A DNA stretch of 64,000 bases from Candidatus Cryptobacteroides excrementigallinarum (GTDB lineage: Bacteria > Bacteroidota > Bacteroidia > Bacteroidales > UBA932), in NCBI GenBank assembly GCA_018713015.1, contig DVFY01000018.1, positions 39,576 to 103,575 of the forward strand, in the 5' to 3' direction. Shown here in pieces: positions 49,287 through 59,727 of the stretch. The position numbers were made by a program, and so were the translations under genes. The notes under the pieces were generated by a model, which saw only the letters and a list, made by a program, of their open reading frames with translations, was not told where the DNA came from and searched no databases. Each line of letters starts with the position of its first letter. The first letter of the stretch is position 1.

Positions 49287-49321
49287 GGTGAAATCTTGTC
49301 AGAATCGGATTCAGTGACATT

Positions 49322-49351
49322 CAAAGATACGAATAAAATTCAGTATCTTTG
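49322..49351. promoter_or_regulatory. Back-to-back divergent -7 promoter elements (channel operon / recG)
   Basis: CAAAGATAC-N12-GTATCTTTG: TATCTTTG on both strands, forming a 9-bp inverted repeat. Confidence 0.7.
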
Positions 49352-49356
49352 CCCTA

Positions 49357-51495
49357 ATGGGCGAATTGGAGACAAATATCCAGTATCTCGGCGGAGTGGG
49401 GCCTAAAAGGGCCGAACTGCTGCGCCGGGAGCTCGGCATAGAAACCCTCTCCGACCTCATCCATCTCTATCCCTTCCGTTATGTGGACCGCAGCGGCATC
49501 ACCCCGATAGCGGAGGCACGCCCCGACCTGGCCTCGCTCCAGATCCGCGCCAGGGTCGTGAGCCGCACCCTCTACGGGCCCTCCGGGAGCATAGTGTCGC
49601 AGGACACCAACCCCATACACTTCAACGCCTGCAAGCGCATGTCGGTGATGGTCGAGGATGGAAGCGGCACCATGGAGATCGTGTTCTTCAAGGGCATCAG
49701 GTGGAACTACGGCCGCCTCGTTCCGGGCAGCAGCTTCATCTTCTTCGGGAAGCCGCAGGAGTTCAACGGACGCATCAACATGGTGCATCCCGAAGTGGAC
49801 GTCCCCGCCGAAGGCCACGTCTCGCAGTCGGCCCTCACCGGGGTCTACCCCAGCAGCGAGAAGCTGAAGCTCGGAGGAATCACCGGGAAGGTCATGAACC
49901 GGCTCGAAGCCTCGGCGCTTTCGCTCTGCCTGCCGGAAATCAGGGAGACCCTGCCGGCCTACATACTTGAACGCAAGCGGCTGATGCCGAGGAACACCGC
50001 GCTCTGGAACATCCATTTTCCGAAAAACCAGGAAGCCCTGCAACGCGCCTCCTACCGCCTCAAATACGAGGAGCTTTTCCTGCTGCAGCTCGCCCTGCTC
50101 AAGCAGAAGTACATACGCTCCCGCGCCTCGCACGGGCTCGTGATGCCAAAGGTCGGGCCGGACTTCCACAGCTGCTACAACGCCCTGCCCTACAGCCTCA
50201 CCGGCGCACAGCAGCGCGTCATAAAGGAAATACGCGCAGACCTGACGAGCGGCATGCAGATGAACCGCCTGCTCCAGGGGGACGTGGGCTCCGGGAAGAC
50301 CATGGTCGCCGTGCTGAGCTGCCTCATCGCCGCAGGCAACGGCTACCAGAGCTGCATCATGGCACCCACCGAAGTGCTCGCGCAGCAGCATTTCGCGAAC
50401 ATACGCAAATATCTGGCGCCCACTTCCGTCAGGGCCGCGCTGCTCACCGGCAGCACCGGGCAGAAGGAGCGCCGCGAGATCCATGCCGGGCTGGAGGACG
50501 GAAGCATAGGCATCATCGTGGGCACGCACGCGCTGATCGAGGATGACGTCGTGTTCCGGAACCTCGGGCTCGCCGTAATCGACGAGCAGCACCGCTTCGG
50601 AGTCGACCAGCGCGCCCGGCTCTGGGCGAAGAACAGCACGCCACCGCACATACTCGTGATGACGGCGACGCCGATTCCGCGCACTCTGGCGATGACGCTC
50701 TACGGCGACCTCGACGTCTCCGTGATAGACGAAATGCCCCCCGGGCGCAAACCCGTGAAGACCGTCTGCATAGGGCAGAACCGCAAGCCCGCGATGTTCA
50801 GATTCCTCCGCGAGGAAATCGCCAAGGGGCGGCAGGTGTTCATAGTATACCCGCTGATCTACGAGAGCGACAAGCTCGACCTGCGCAATCTGCAGAACGG
50901 CTACGACGAAATCATGCGTGCGTTTCCGCTGCCCGACTACAAGGTGGCCATAGTGCACGGGCAGCAGGGCAACGAGGAGAAGCAGTTCAACATGGAGGCC
51001 TTCGCTGCAGGACGCGCCGACATCCTCGTGTCCACGACGGTCATAGAAGTCGGGGTCGACGTGCCGAACGCCTCGGTGATGGTGATTGAGAGCGCCCAGC
51101 GTTTCGGGCTCAGCCAGCTGCACCAGCTGCGCGGCCGCGTCGGAAGAGGCGCCGAAGAATCCTACTGCATACTCGTGAAGGACGTGAAGACCAGCCGCGA
51201 AGCCCAGCAGAGGCTGGATCTGATGTGCGCGACCGAAGATGGCTTCGAAATTGCAGAGCAGGACATGCGCATGCGCGGGCCGGGCGACCTGGAAGGCACG
51301 CAGCAGAGCGGGCTTCCGGTTTCGCTGAAGCTGGCGTCGCTCGCCAGGGACGGGGGCCTGCTTTCAGAGGCCAGAAGGGACGCGCAGGGCGTGCTCGACG
51401 ATGATCCTTCCCTGAGCTCGCCGGCAAACCGGCCGCTCGCCGAGGAGCTCAAGAAAGGGAAATACGAAATCAAAAACTACAGCACTATATCATGA
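49357..51495 (+). CDS. recG: ATP-dependent DNA helicase RecG
   Basis: GVGPKRA, RLLQGDVGSGKT, IDEQHRFGV, MTATPIPRTL, QLHQLRGRVGRG, RGPGD. Confidence 0.97.
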   Translation: MGELETNIQYLGGVGPKRAELLRRELGIETLSDLIHLYPFRYVDRSGITPIAEARPDLASLQIRARVVSRTLYGPSGSIVSQDTNPIHFNACKRMSVMVEDGSGTMEIVFFKGIRWNYGRLVPGSSFIFFGKPQEFNGRINMVHPEVDVPAEGHVSQSALTGVYPSSEKLKLGGITGKVMNRLEASALSLCLPEIRETLPAYILERKRLMPRNTALWNIHFPKNQEALQRASYRLKYEELFLLQLALLKQKYIRSRASHGLVMPKVGPDFHSCYNALPYSLTGAQQRVIKEIRADLTSGMQMNRLLQGDVGSGKTMVAVLSCLIAAGNGYQSCIMAPTEVLAQQHFANIRKYLAPTSVRAALLTGSTGQKERREIHAGLEDGSIGIIVGTHALIEDDVVFRNLGLAVIDEQHRFGVDQRARLWAKNSTPPHILVMTATPIPRTLAMTLYGDLDVSVIDEMPPGRKPVKTVCIGQNRKPAMFRFLREEIAKGRQVFIVYPLIYESDKLDLRNLQNGYDEIMRAFPLPDYKVAIVHGQQGNEEKQFNMEAFAAGRADILVSTTVIEVGVDVPNASVMVIESAQRFGLSQLHQLRGRVGRGAEESYCILVKDVKTSREAQQRLDLMCATEDGFEIAEQDMRMRGPGDLEGTQQSGLPVSLKLASLARDGGLLSEARRDAQGVLDDDPSLSSPANRPLAEELKKGKYEIKNYSTIS

Positions 51496-53690
51496 AAAGA
51501 ACAATCATCTGTTTATTGGGACTGATTTTGACCATGACATCATGCAACGACAAGCTGTCCGAAGGATACATCGGGCCTTCGGACATCAGCATCGCCGACG
51601 GGGTGATGACCCCGGAGACCCTGCTTGCCCTCGGAAGGATATCCGACCCGCAGCTGTCGCCTGACGGAAGCACCATACTCTACTCCGTCAGCTACACCTC
51701 GATAGAGCAGAACCGCAGCTGCGCCAACCTCTTCGTCTGCAACACGGACGGCAGCGACAGGCGCCAGCTCACCGCGTACGGGAAGAGCGTGAGCAACGCC
51801 CGCTGGTCAGCCGACGGCACAAGGATATACTTCCTCTATGACGGACAGATCCGGGAAGCTCCCTACAAGGACGGCAAGCTCGGAAAGATGAAGACCCTCA
51901 GCGACGTGCCCTCCGGCATCAGCGGTTTCGCGGTCTCTCCCGACGAAAGCCGGGTCATCTACATCAGCAGCATAAAGAACAGTGCGCTGGAGACCCCGTC
52001 CGACAGCGACCCCGCCCTCGACAAGGCGCAGGCATACGCCACCGAAGGCCTCATGTACCGCCACTGGGACCACTGGAGGACCGAGATACCGCGCAGCTAC
52101 GTGGCTCCCTTCGGGTCAGCGGGAATCACTCCGGAAAACTCGGTGGACATACTCGGGGAGGGCAATCTCTACGAACTGCCCCTCGAGCCCTACGGAGGGA
52201 TCGAACAGCTGGACTGGGCGCCTGACAGCCGCCACATAGCATATTCCTGCAAGAAGCTCACCGGCATCGAGTACGCGTTCAGCACCAACAGCTGCATCTA
52301 TGTCTACGACTGCGAAAGCGGCAACACCGTGGCTGTGACCACCAGCGGAGGCTACGACACCGACCCCGTATGGAGCGGGGACGGACACCATCTCGCCTGG
52401 ATTTCAATGGAGCGCGACGGCTATGAAGCCGACAGGCAGCGCCTGATGCTCTGCGAGACCAGCCTTGACGGAGGCTTCACCGCAGGCGAGCCCTACGAGC
52501 TCAACCCCAACTTCGACAACGACATCGCCGGAATCGTATGGCACGGCGACGAAATCTTCTTCAGCTCACTGGTTTCAGAAGCCGTGCAGGCAATCTTCTG
52601 CGCCGACCTCAGCGGACAGATGCTCCGCGTCACGAAACCCGACTGGCACTTCGATTTCGACTCGCCTTTCGCGGTGCTCACCAGCGGCGATGAAGTCAGG
52701 CTGCTGACCTCTTACCAGAGTCTGCACTTCCCCACCGAGCTCGTGGCCGTGGACATCAGGGGGACGGGCACGTCCTACACCCCTATTACTTCCGAGAACG
52801 CCCATATCCTCGACCAGCTCGCCGACGTGAGCGAGGAGAGCGTGCTCGTGGAGACCGTGGACCACAAGCAGATGCAGTGCTGGATACTCTATCCGCCCCA
52901 GTTCGACAGCACCAAGGTCTACCCTGCGGTGGAAATAGTGCTAGGAGGCCCCCAGGGCACCAACTCCCAGGGCTGGAGCTACCGCTGGTGCTACAGGCTC
53001 ATGGCCCAGCAGGGCTACGTGGTCATCATGCCCAACCGGCGCGGCACCACGGCTTTCGGACAGGAATGGAAGGAGCAGATTTCGGGCGACTATCCCGGCC
53101 TGAACATGCAGGACTACCTGAGTGCGGGGAAGTATCTCAAGAGCAAGCCCTACATCGGCAAGCTGGCCTGCGTGGGCGCATCCTACGGCGGATATTCGGC
53201 ATACATGCTCGAAGGCATGGACGAAGGCCTGTTCGACTGCTTCATCGCCCACGCCGGCATCTTCGACGAGAAGCAGCTCTGGTTCACCACCGAGGAGATG
53301 TGGTTCGCCAACTGGGACAACGGAGGGCTGACGGAATATGCCTACCGCAAGGGTGAGACAGGGCCTGCAGGCGACGGCACGACCTTCGGCGGAATGCAGC
53401 AGGCCGGTGCGCCATACGCCACCACCGCCAAGGCGCGCAGACACTATTCGAACTCCCCCTCATCGATGGTCACCAAATGGGACACCCCCATACTTTGCAT
53501 CCACGGCATGATGGACTTCCGCATCCCCTATGAGCAGGGCATGGCGGCCTTCAACGCCGCACAGATGATGGGAGTTCCGTCCAAGCTGGTCATCTTCCCC
53601 GAGGAGAACCACTGGATACTCCAGCCGCAGAACTCCATCTACTGGCACCGCACCGTCTACGACTGGCTTGACAGATGGCTGAAAGACTGA
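51492..53690 (+). CDS. S9-family serine peptidase (DPP5-like) lipoprotein
   Basis: Lipobox MTSC; beta-propeller repeats; GASYGG, HGMMDFRI, FPEENHW. Confidence 0.92.
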   Translation: MKRTIICLLGLILTMTSCNDKLSEGYIGPSDISIADGVMTPETLLALGRISDPQLSPDGSTILYSVSYTSIEQNRSCANLFVCNTDGSDRRQLTAYGKSVSNARWSADGTRIYFLYDGQIREAPYKDGKLGKMKTLSDVPSGISGFAVSPDESRVIYISSIKNSALETPSDSDPALDKAQAYATEGLMYRHWDHWRTEIPRSYVAPFGSAGITPENSVDILGEGNLYELPLEPYGGIEQLDWAPDSRHIAYSCKKLTGIEYAFSTNSCIYVYDCESGNTVAVTTSGGYDTDPVWSGDGHHLAWISMERDGYEADRQRLMLCETSLDGGFTAGEPYELNPNFDNDIAGIVWHGDEIFFSSLVSEAVQAIFCADLSGQMLRVTKPDWHFDFDSPFAVLTSGDEVRLLTSYQSLHFPTELVAVDIRGTGTSYTPITSENAHILDQLADVSEESVLVETVDHKQMQCWILYPPQFDSTKVYPAVEIVLGGPQGTNSQGWSYRWCYRLMAQQGYVVIMPNRRGTTAFGQEWKEQISGDYPGLNMQDYLSAGKYLKSKPYIGKLACVGASYGGYSAYMLEGMDEGLFDCFIAHAGIFDEKQLWFTTEEMWFANWDNGGLTEYAYRKGETGPAGDGTTFGGMQQAGAPYATTAKARRHYSNSPSSMVTKWDTPILCIHGMMDFRIPYEQGMAAFNAAQMMGVPSKLVIFPEENHWILQPQNSIYWHRTVYDWLDRWLKD

Positions 53691-53778
53691 CATCGGCGCG
53701 CAGCGCGCCGGGCGGGACCGTCAAGGTTCCGCGATTCGCGCAGCGGCAGAAAACAATGAAACTCAAAACAATTACAAT

Positions 53779-54228
53779 ATGAAACTGGAAGAACAGATTC
53801 AAAAGGACATCATGGCCTCGATGAAGGCCCATGACCAGATAAGACTTAATGCAGTACGTTCCATAAAGTCGGCGATACTGCTCGCAAAGACGTCGGAAGG
53901 CGCAAAGGAAAACCTCGAAGACGCCGACGTGATAAAGCTCATAATGAAACTGGCCAAGCAGCGCAAGGAATCGGCCGAACAGTACAAGACGGCAGGCAGG
54001 CCCGAGCTCGCCGGGAACGAGCTGGCAGAAGCCGCAGTGCTTGAGGAATACCTTCCGAAGCAGCTCGGCGAAGAGGAACTGGAAGCGAGGCTCAAGGAGA
54101 TAATCGCGGCTCTGGGAGCCTCCTCCCCCGCCGACATGGGCAAGGTCATGGGAGCCGCCACGAAGCAGCTCGCAGGTCTGGCCGACGGACGCGCGATTTC
54201 CACTCTGGTAAAGAAACTTCTGGCATAG
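53779..54228 (+). CDS. GatB/YqeY domain protein
   Basis: KQRKESAEQY..ELAEAAVLEEYLPKQL..DMGKVMG..ADG. Confidence 0.92.
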   Translation: MKLEEQIQKDIMASMKAHDQIRLNAVRSIKSAILLAKTSEGAKENLEDADVIKLIMKLAKQRKESAEQYKTAGRPELAGNELAEAAVLEEYLPKQLGEEELEARLKEIIAALGASSPADMGKVMGAATKQLAGLADGRAISTLVKKLLA

Positions 54229-55011
54229 ATGGTCAGAATCCAGGACATAGCGGCGGCCATCGAAAGGATTGCGCCGCTGCGTTTTCAGGACGATTTCGAC
54301 AACTCCGGCCTCCAGGTCGGCTTCCCCTCATCCGAGACCGGCAGGGTGCTGGTCTGCCTCGACGTGACGGAGGACGTGGTGAAGGAGGCCGCGGACAAGG
54401 GCTGCGGACTCATAGTATCCCATCATCCCCTGCTCTTCAGGGCCCTCAGGCAGGTCAGCGACTCGACCTACCAGCAGCGTTGCGCGGTCGAAGCCATACG
54501 CCGGGGCATAGGAATCTATTCGGCGCATACCAGCCTCGACAACGCGCCCGGCGGCGTAAACCACAGGATAGCTTCGCTGATAGGCCTGGAGAACCTGCAG
54601 TGGCTTTCGCCAAAGCCTGACGGGGAATCCGGCTCAGGGCTTGTCGGGAACCTGCGCGAGCCCCTGAAGGACGACGGGTTCCTCAGCATGCTGAAGGACA
54701 GATTCGGAGTCAGCTGCCTGATGCACTCGCAGACCTCAGGCAGGACGGTCAACCGCGTCGCCCTCTGCGGCGGTGCCGGTGCCTTCCTGCTTCCGGACGC
54801 CATAAGGGAGGGAGCGGACTGCTTCGTATGCGGAGAATTCCACTACCACGACTATTTCGAGAACAAGGGCGTGCTGCTCGCCGAGCTGGGCCATTACCAG
54901 AGCGAGCAGTTCACCATGGATCTGCTGGCAGACATGCTCGGCTCGGCCTTCCCCAGCCTTGAGGTCATAAAGACATCAATCGACACCAACCCCATCCGAT
55001 ACAGCAAATGA
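54229..55011 (+). CDS. Nif3-like dinuclear metal centre protein
   Basis: DNSGLQVG, SHHPLLF, YSAHTSLD, GHYQSE. Confidence 0.92.
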   Translation: MVRIQDIAAAIERIAPLRFQDDFDNSGLQVGFPSSETGRVLVCLDVTEDVVKEAADKGCGLIVSHHPLLFRALRQVSDSTYQQRCAVEAIRRGIGIYSAHTSLDNAPGGVNHRIASLIGLENLQWLSPKPDGESGSGLVGNLREPLKDDGFLSMLKDRFGVSCLMHSQTSGRTVNRVALCGGAGAFLLPDAIREGADCFVCGEFHYHDYFENKGVLLAELGHYQSEQFTMDLLADMLGSAFPSLEVIKTSIDTNPIRYSK

Positions 55012-55748
55012 ACAGCAAATACACGATGCACTTCAACGTGAAGTGCTATATGACTGACTACAACCACAACCTGCGCCCTGCAGCCTTCCTCGACTGCGCC
55101 CAGGACATCGCAACCGACGCAGCGGCGGAAATCAACCTCGGAGACCCCACTCTGCGGCCTCTCGGTTGCGTCTGGGTCGTCGCCAGGATGCACACGAACT
55201 TCCTGCGTCCGGTTAAGTTCAACGAGAAGGTCTCCATGTCATCATGGCACAAGGGGATAAAGGGGGTGAACTTCCTGCGCGACTACCAGCTCCGCGGAGC
55301 GGACGGGGTTCCGGCCGTGAATTCTACCAGCTCATGGATAGTCATGGACATGAATACGCGCATGCTTTCCAGGGACGCCTCTGTCTGGGAAATCCTGAAC
55401 CGCGAGCCGCAAAGCGCCGAAAGCGCCATCGAGGAGCCCAGCCCCAAGATAGTGATGCCGAAGGGCGGAGACATCAGGCTTATCGGCACCCATAAGGTGC
55501 AGTGGTCCGATGTGGACTTCAACAAGCACGCGAACAACGTGAAATACACTGTCTGGGCCATGGACGCCCTGCCCGAGGAACTGGTCTACAGCACCTGGCT
55601 GAAGGAACACTACATCAATTTCAACAAGGAGGTGCGCCCCGGCGAGACCGTCGAGCTCTACCATGCCGAAGCCGGCGGAGCCCACATAATCGAAGGGCGC
55701 GTCGGCGACCATCAGGCCTTCATCACGAAACTGGTCTTCAGCGAATAG
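55008..55748 (+). CDS. Acyl-ACP thioesterase
   Basis: Double hot-dog pattern; SSWIVMD, SDVDFNKHANNVKY. Confidence 0.85.
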   Translation: MNSKYTMHFNVKCYMTDYNHNLRPAAFLDCAQDIATDAAAEINLGDPTLRPLGCVWVVARMHTNFLRPVKFNEKVSMSSWHKGIKGVNFLRDYQLRGADGVPAVNSTSSWIVMDMNTRMLSRDASVWEILNREPQSAESAIEEPSPKIVMPKGGDIRLIGTHKVQWSDVDFNKHANNVKYTVWAMDALPEELVYSTWLKEHYINFNKEVRPGETVELYHAEAGGAHIIEGRVGDHQAFITKLVFSE

Positions 55749-55805
55749 GACGTTTGGCGGAACAGACTTGCAGCGGGGCCTCCCGGTTGAGGCTCCGATC
55801 TGCCG

Positions 55806-58292
55806 TCATTTGCAGTGGCGGAGCTTGGCATATTTGAGCAGCAGAAGCTTCTCGCCATGCTCGTCGAAGCGGATGCGGGCCTTCATGTCGGGATAGCGGC
55901 CGGATATTTCGAGAATCTCGCCGGCACCGAAACGTATGTGCTCGACACGTTCGCCCGCGCGCAGTTCCGTCATCGGGACGGCCTTGAAGTCAGGGTCGAT
56001 CACCGGAGGGGCCGCAGGGCGGGCGGACGGCGCGGCGGCTCCGGGACGGCCGGCAGGGCTGCCGGTAGGCGCGGATTTCAAATCCGCGCCTACACGTGAA
56101 CCGCCGACACGCGGGCTGTCATCATGCGCACCGCGCCGCTCGTGTTTTTCGTAGGTGACCGCGCCTGACCTGCCGTATCTGCCGGACGAGCCGTATGACG
56201 CGCCCTCGCGCGAGCCGCCGGCCCGGAAACCGTCCAGCCTTCCGCCGGTGAACCTCGAACCGAAGCCGCCCCATTCGTGGGTCACCCCGCTGTTGTCGAA
56301 ATCCCTCGCCGGCAGCGGATTCTCGATGTACGACTGGTCGATTTCCCGGATGAAGCGCGAAGGTGCGTTGGACTCATGCTTGCCGTTGCGCATCCTGGTC
56401 CCCGCGAACGACAGGGTGACCGCCTTCTTGGCGCGGGTCATCGCCACATAGAACAGGCGGCGCTCCTCCTCCACGTCATTGAGCGACGAGGTCATGGACA
56501 TGCTGGGGAACAGGTTCTCCTCCAGTCCGGCCACGAACACGTACGGGAACTCCAGGCCCTTGGCCGAATGCACCGTCATCAGCGCGACCTTGTTGTCGTC
56601 ATTCTCTTCCGAATCCACGTCCACGCTGCTGAGCAGGGAGACGTTCTCCACATAGTCGTCGAGAGTGAACACGGGCATAGCCGCGCCGGGCTCCTGGAAT
56701 TCGTCGGCGTCCATGGCCTCCTCCTGCCTCTCCTCCACGAAGACCGCAGTCGAGTTCATGAGCTCGTCCAGGTTCGCAATCCTGGCCAGCCCTTCGATGG
56801 AAGTGTCGGCCTTGTAGAAGGCGTAGAGCCCGCTCTCGTCGGCGATGCGCACCGCCATGTCGTGCGCGTCCGTAAACGCTATCTGCGCTGACAGGCGGAC
56901 AATCATCTCGCAGAAGGGCTTGACCTTCGGCACTTCCATGCCCGCGCGCAGGAACGGCAGGGACTTCTGCCTGGCGATGTCCTCCACGGCGTTCAGCGTG
57001 ACTCCGCCTATGCCTCGGGCCGGCTTGTTCACCACCCGGCGGAAGGACTCGTTGTCGTCGGGGTTGATGCAAAGCTTGAAATAGGACATCATGTCCTTGA
57101 CTTCGGCGCGCTCGAAGAAAGAGTTGCCCGAATAGATCATATAGGGGATGTTGCGGCGGCGGAGCTGCTCCTCGATTGCGCGCGACTGCGAATTCGTGCG
57201 GTAGAGAATCGCGAAATCCCGGTACTGGGCATGGTCGGAACGCACCCTGGCTATTATTTCCGAAACTATGCCCACAGCCTCGTCCTGCTCGGTATAGGCC
57301 TTCAGCAGGCGTATCTTCTCACCGGCCTCCCCGACCGCATAGCACTGCTTGGGTATGCGGCCCGCGTTGTGGGCTATCAGGGTGTTGGCCGCATCCACGA
57401 TCGTGGACGTGGAGCGGTAGTTCCTCTCCAGGCGGAAGATGCGGCAGTCCGGATAGTCCTTGCGGAAGTTCAGTATGTTCTCGATCTTCGCTCCGCGGAA
57501 GGCGTAGATGGACTGGCTGTCGTCGCCTACCACGCAGATGTTCCTGTGGACGGCCGCCAGTTTCTTGAGAATCAGGTACTGGGCGTAGTTGGTGTCCTGG
57601 TACTCGTCCACCATTATGTAGAGGAAGTGCTCCGATATACGCTGCAACGCCTCCTTGTTGTCGCGCAGCAGGTAGTTCATGTTCAGCAGTATGTCGTCGA
57701 AGTCCATAACCCCGGACTCCTTGAGCTTCCTCTGGTACAGCTCGTAGAGGTCGCAGAGGCGCGGCCGCCGGGAATGGTAGTCGGCGTTCAGCAGCTCTCG
57801 GCTGTTGCGGTATCCGCTGACGGTGATCAGGTTGTTCTTGGCCATGGAGATACGTGACAGCACCTCGCGCGGCTTGTATATCTTGTCATCCAGCTGAAGC
57901 TCCTTGATGCAGGCCTTCATCGCGCTCTGGGAATCGGAAGTGTCGTAGATCACGAAACGCTCCGGGTATCCAAGCGACCCGGCATATTCGCGCAGGAAGC
58001 GCACGAACACAGCATGGAAGGTGCCCATGACCAGCCGCCTGGCGCCCCGGCCGCCGACCATCGACGCTATCCTCTCCTTCATCTCCCCGGCCGCCTTCTT
58101 GGTGAAGGTCAGGGCCAGTATCCTGCCCGGATCGACCTCTTCCGCGAGCAGAAGCGCTATCCTGCTCGTCAGGACCCTGGTCTTTCCTGAGCCGGCCCCC
58201 GCAACTATAAGCACGGGGCCGTCGGTACAGCTGACGGCATTTCTCTGCTCTTCGTTCAGCCCCTCGAAAACTGCATTCACTTTCTCCTCCAT
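55806..58292 (-). CDS. uvrD: UvrD/PcrA-family ATP-dependent DNA helicase
   Basis: AGAGSGKTRVL, DEYQDTN, VGDDSQSIYAFRGA, LMTVHSAKGLEF, EERRLFYVAMTRA, Tudor-like C-terminus. Confidence 0.95.
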   Translation of the reverse strand: MEEKVNAVFEGLNEEQRNAVSCTDGPVLIVAGAGSGKTRVLTSRIALLLAEEVDPGRILALTFTKKAAGEMKERIASMVGGRGARRLVMGTFHAVFVRFLREYAGSLGYPERFVIYDTSDSQSAMKACIKELQLDDKIYKPREVLSRISMAKNNLITVSGYRNSRELLNADYHSRRPRLCDLYELYQRKLKESGVMDFDDILLNMNYLLRDNKEALQRISEHFLYIMVDEYQDTNYAQYLILKKLAAVHRNICVVGDDSQSIYAFRGAKIENILNFRKDYPDCRIFRLERNYRSTSTIVDAANTLIAHNAGRIPKQCYAVGEAGEKIRLLKAYTEQDEAVGIVSEIIARVRSDHAQYRDFAILYRTNSQSRAIEEQLRRRNIPYMIYSGNSFFERAEVKDMMSYFKLCINPDDNESFRRVVNKPARGIGGVTLNAVEDIARQKSLPFLRAGMEVPKVKPFCEMIVRLSAQIAFTDAHDMAVRIADESGLYAFYKADTSIEGLARIANLDELMNSTAVFVEERQEEAMDADEFQEPGAAMPVFTLDDYVENVSLLSSVDVDSEENDDNKVALMTVHSAKGLEFPYVFVAGLEENLFPSMSMTSSLNDVEEERRLFYVAMTRAKKAVTLSFAGTRMRNGKHESNAPSRFIREIDQSYIENPLPARDFDNSGVTHEWGGFGSRFTGGRLDGFRAGGSREGASYGSSGRYGRSGAVTYEKHERRGAHDDSPRVGGSRVGADLKSAPTGSPAGRPGAAAPSARPAAPPVIDPDFKAVPMTELRAGERVEHIRFGAGEILEISGRYPDMKARIRFDEHGEKLLLLKYAKLRHCK
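56065..56093. repeat. Perfect GTAG-footed REP-like palindrome in frame within the uvrD linker
   Basis: GTAGGCGCGGATTT-C-AAATCCGCGCCTAC (14-bp arms). Confidence 0.85.
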
Positions 58293-58364
58293 AGGGGCAC
58301 GAAATTACGAAAAAAATGGCTATCTTCGCAGCGCATTTTGCATATCCTAAAATTGTCATACTAA

Positions 58365-59723
58365 ATGTCACAGAACATCGTTTTGAAAAAAGGTCTGAAC
58401 ATCCCCATCAGTGGAGAAGCAGAACTTCGTGTCTCAAAGGCGATTGCACCGGGCATTGTTGCGGTCAGGCCGACCGATTTCAAGGGTCTTCTTCCGAGGC
58501 TTCTGGTCAAGGAGGGAGACTCTGTGCTTTGTGGTTCTCCCGTCATTGCAGACAAAAAGAACCCTGACATCCTCCTCACCTCTCCGGTTAGCGGAACGGT
58601 GAAGGCTCTCGTCAGGGGCGAGAAGCGCAAGCTGCTGGCCGTCCTCATCGAAGCGGACGATGAACAGAAGTGCATCGACTTCGGAGTCAAGGACCCCAAC
58701 AGCATGGACGCAGGACAGATCAGGACGGCTCTGCTTGAAAGCGGCCTCTGGCCGTGGCTCATCCAGCGCCCCTACGGCATCATCGCCGACCCTGCCGCAA
58801 GACCTTCCAACATCTTCGTTTCGGCCTTCGATTCCGCTCCCCTCGCCGCAGACACCGACTTCTGCTTCGGCCCCGAAGTGAAGGCGATCCAGGCCGGAAT
58901 CAACGCGCTCGCAAAGCTCACCGACGGTGAGGTCCATGTCTCCTTCGACGCGGACGCACCCAATTCCGAGCTCCGCAGCCTGAACGGTATCCACGCCCAT
59001 TACTTCAAGGGCAAGCATCCCGCCGGCAACGTCGGCGTGCAGATAAGCCACATCAGGCCCATCCGCAAGGGCGACACCGTATGGACCGTCTCCCTGCTCG
59101 GACTTGCCGCAATCGGAAAGCTGTTCACGAAGGGACGCTATGACCTGCGCCGCAAGGTTGCGGTCTGCGGCCCCATGGCCATCGAGCCTTCGTACGTGGA
59201 GACCCTCCCCGGCATGCCAATGAAAGAACTTGCAGGCTTCTTCGGAAGCAACGCGGCACAGGACCGCTTCATCAGCGGAAACGTGCTGACCGGAAGCAAC
59301 GAGGGTGCCGACGGCTACCTCGGATTCTTCCACAACCAGATCACCCTGCTGCACGAGGGAACCGAAAGGGAGCTCCTCGGCTGGCTGCGCCCCCTGCGCT
59401 GGAAGCAGTTCAGCACCGACCACAGCTATTTCTCATGGCTCATGCCCAAGAGGAAATATGACATGGACACCAACCTCCACGGCGGAGTCCGCGCCTTCCT
59501 GATGAACGACGGCTACTATGCCAAGGTTCTCCCCATGGACATCTATCCCATCTACCTGACCAAGGCCTGCCTTGCCGGAGAAATCGAGAAGATGGAGCAG
59601 TTCGGCATCTATGAAGTTCTGCCGGAAGACCTCGCCCTCTGCGAGTTCGTCGACCCCAGCAAGAACAATATCCAGGAAATCATCGCTAACGGCATCGACC
59701 TGATGCTAAAGGAAATGGCTTAG
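58365..59723 (+). CDS. nqrA: Na+-translocating NADH:quinone reductase subunit A
   Basis: LKKGLNIPISG, SPVSGTV..RGEKR, HPAGNVGVQI, PEDLALCEFVDPSK. Confidence 0.96.
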   Translation: MSQNIVLKKGLNIPISGEAELRVSKAIAPGIVAVRPTDFKGLLPRLLVKEGDSVLCGSPVIADKKNPDILLTSPVSGTVKALVRGEKRKLLAVLIEADDEQKCIDFGVKDPNSMDAGQIRTALLESGLWPWLIQRPYGIIADPAARPSNIFVSAFDSAPLAADTDFCFGPEVKAIQAGINALAKLTDGEVHVSFDADAPNSELRSLNGIHAHYFKGKHPAGNVGVQISHIRPIRKGDTVWTVSLLGLAAIGKLFTKGRYDLRRKVAVCGPMAIEPSYVETLPGMPMKELAGFFGSNAAQDRFISGNVLTGSNEGADGYLGFFHNQITLLHEGTERELLGWLRPLRWKQFSTDHSYFSWLMPKRKYDMDTNLHGGVRAFLMNDGYYAKVLPMDIYPIYLTKACLAGEIEKMEQFGIYEVLPEDLALCEFVDPSKNNIQEIIANGIDLMLKEMA

Positions 59724-59727
59724 AAGT

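Noticed and set aside
46767-49406. 879-aa + strand ORF, and the many other long antisense or alternate-frame ORFs (e.g. 49354-51123, 13976-15331, 40916-42388)
   Set aside because: They are shadows of well-supported genes on the other strand, expected at high GC3, and have no recognisable motifs
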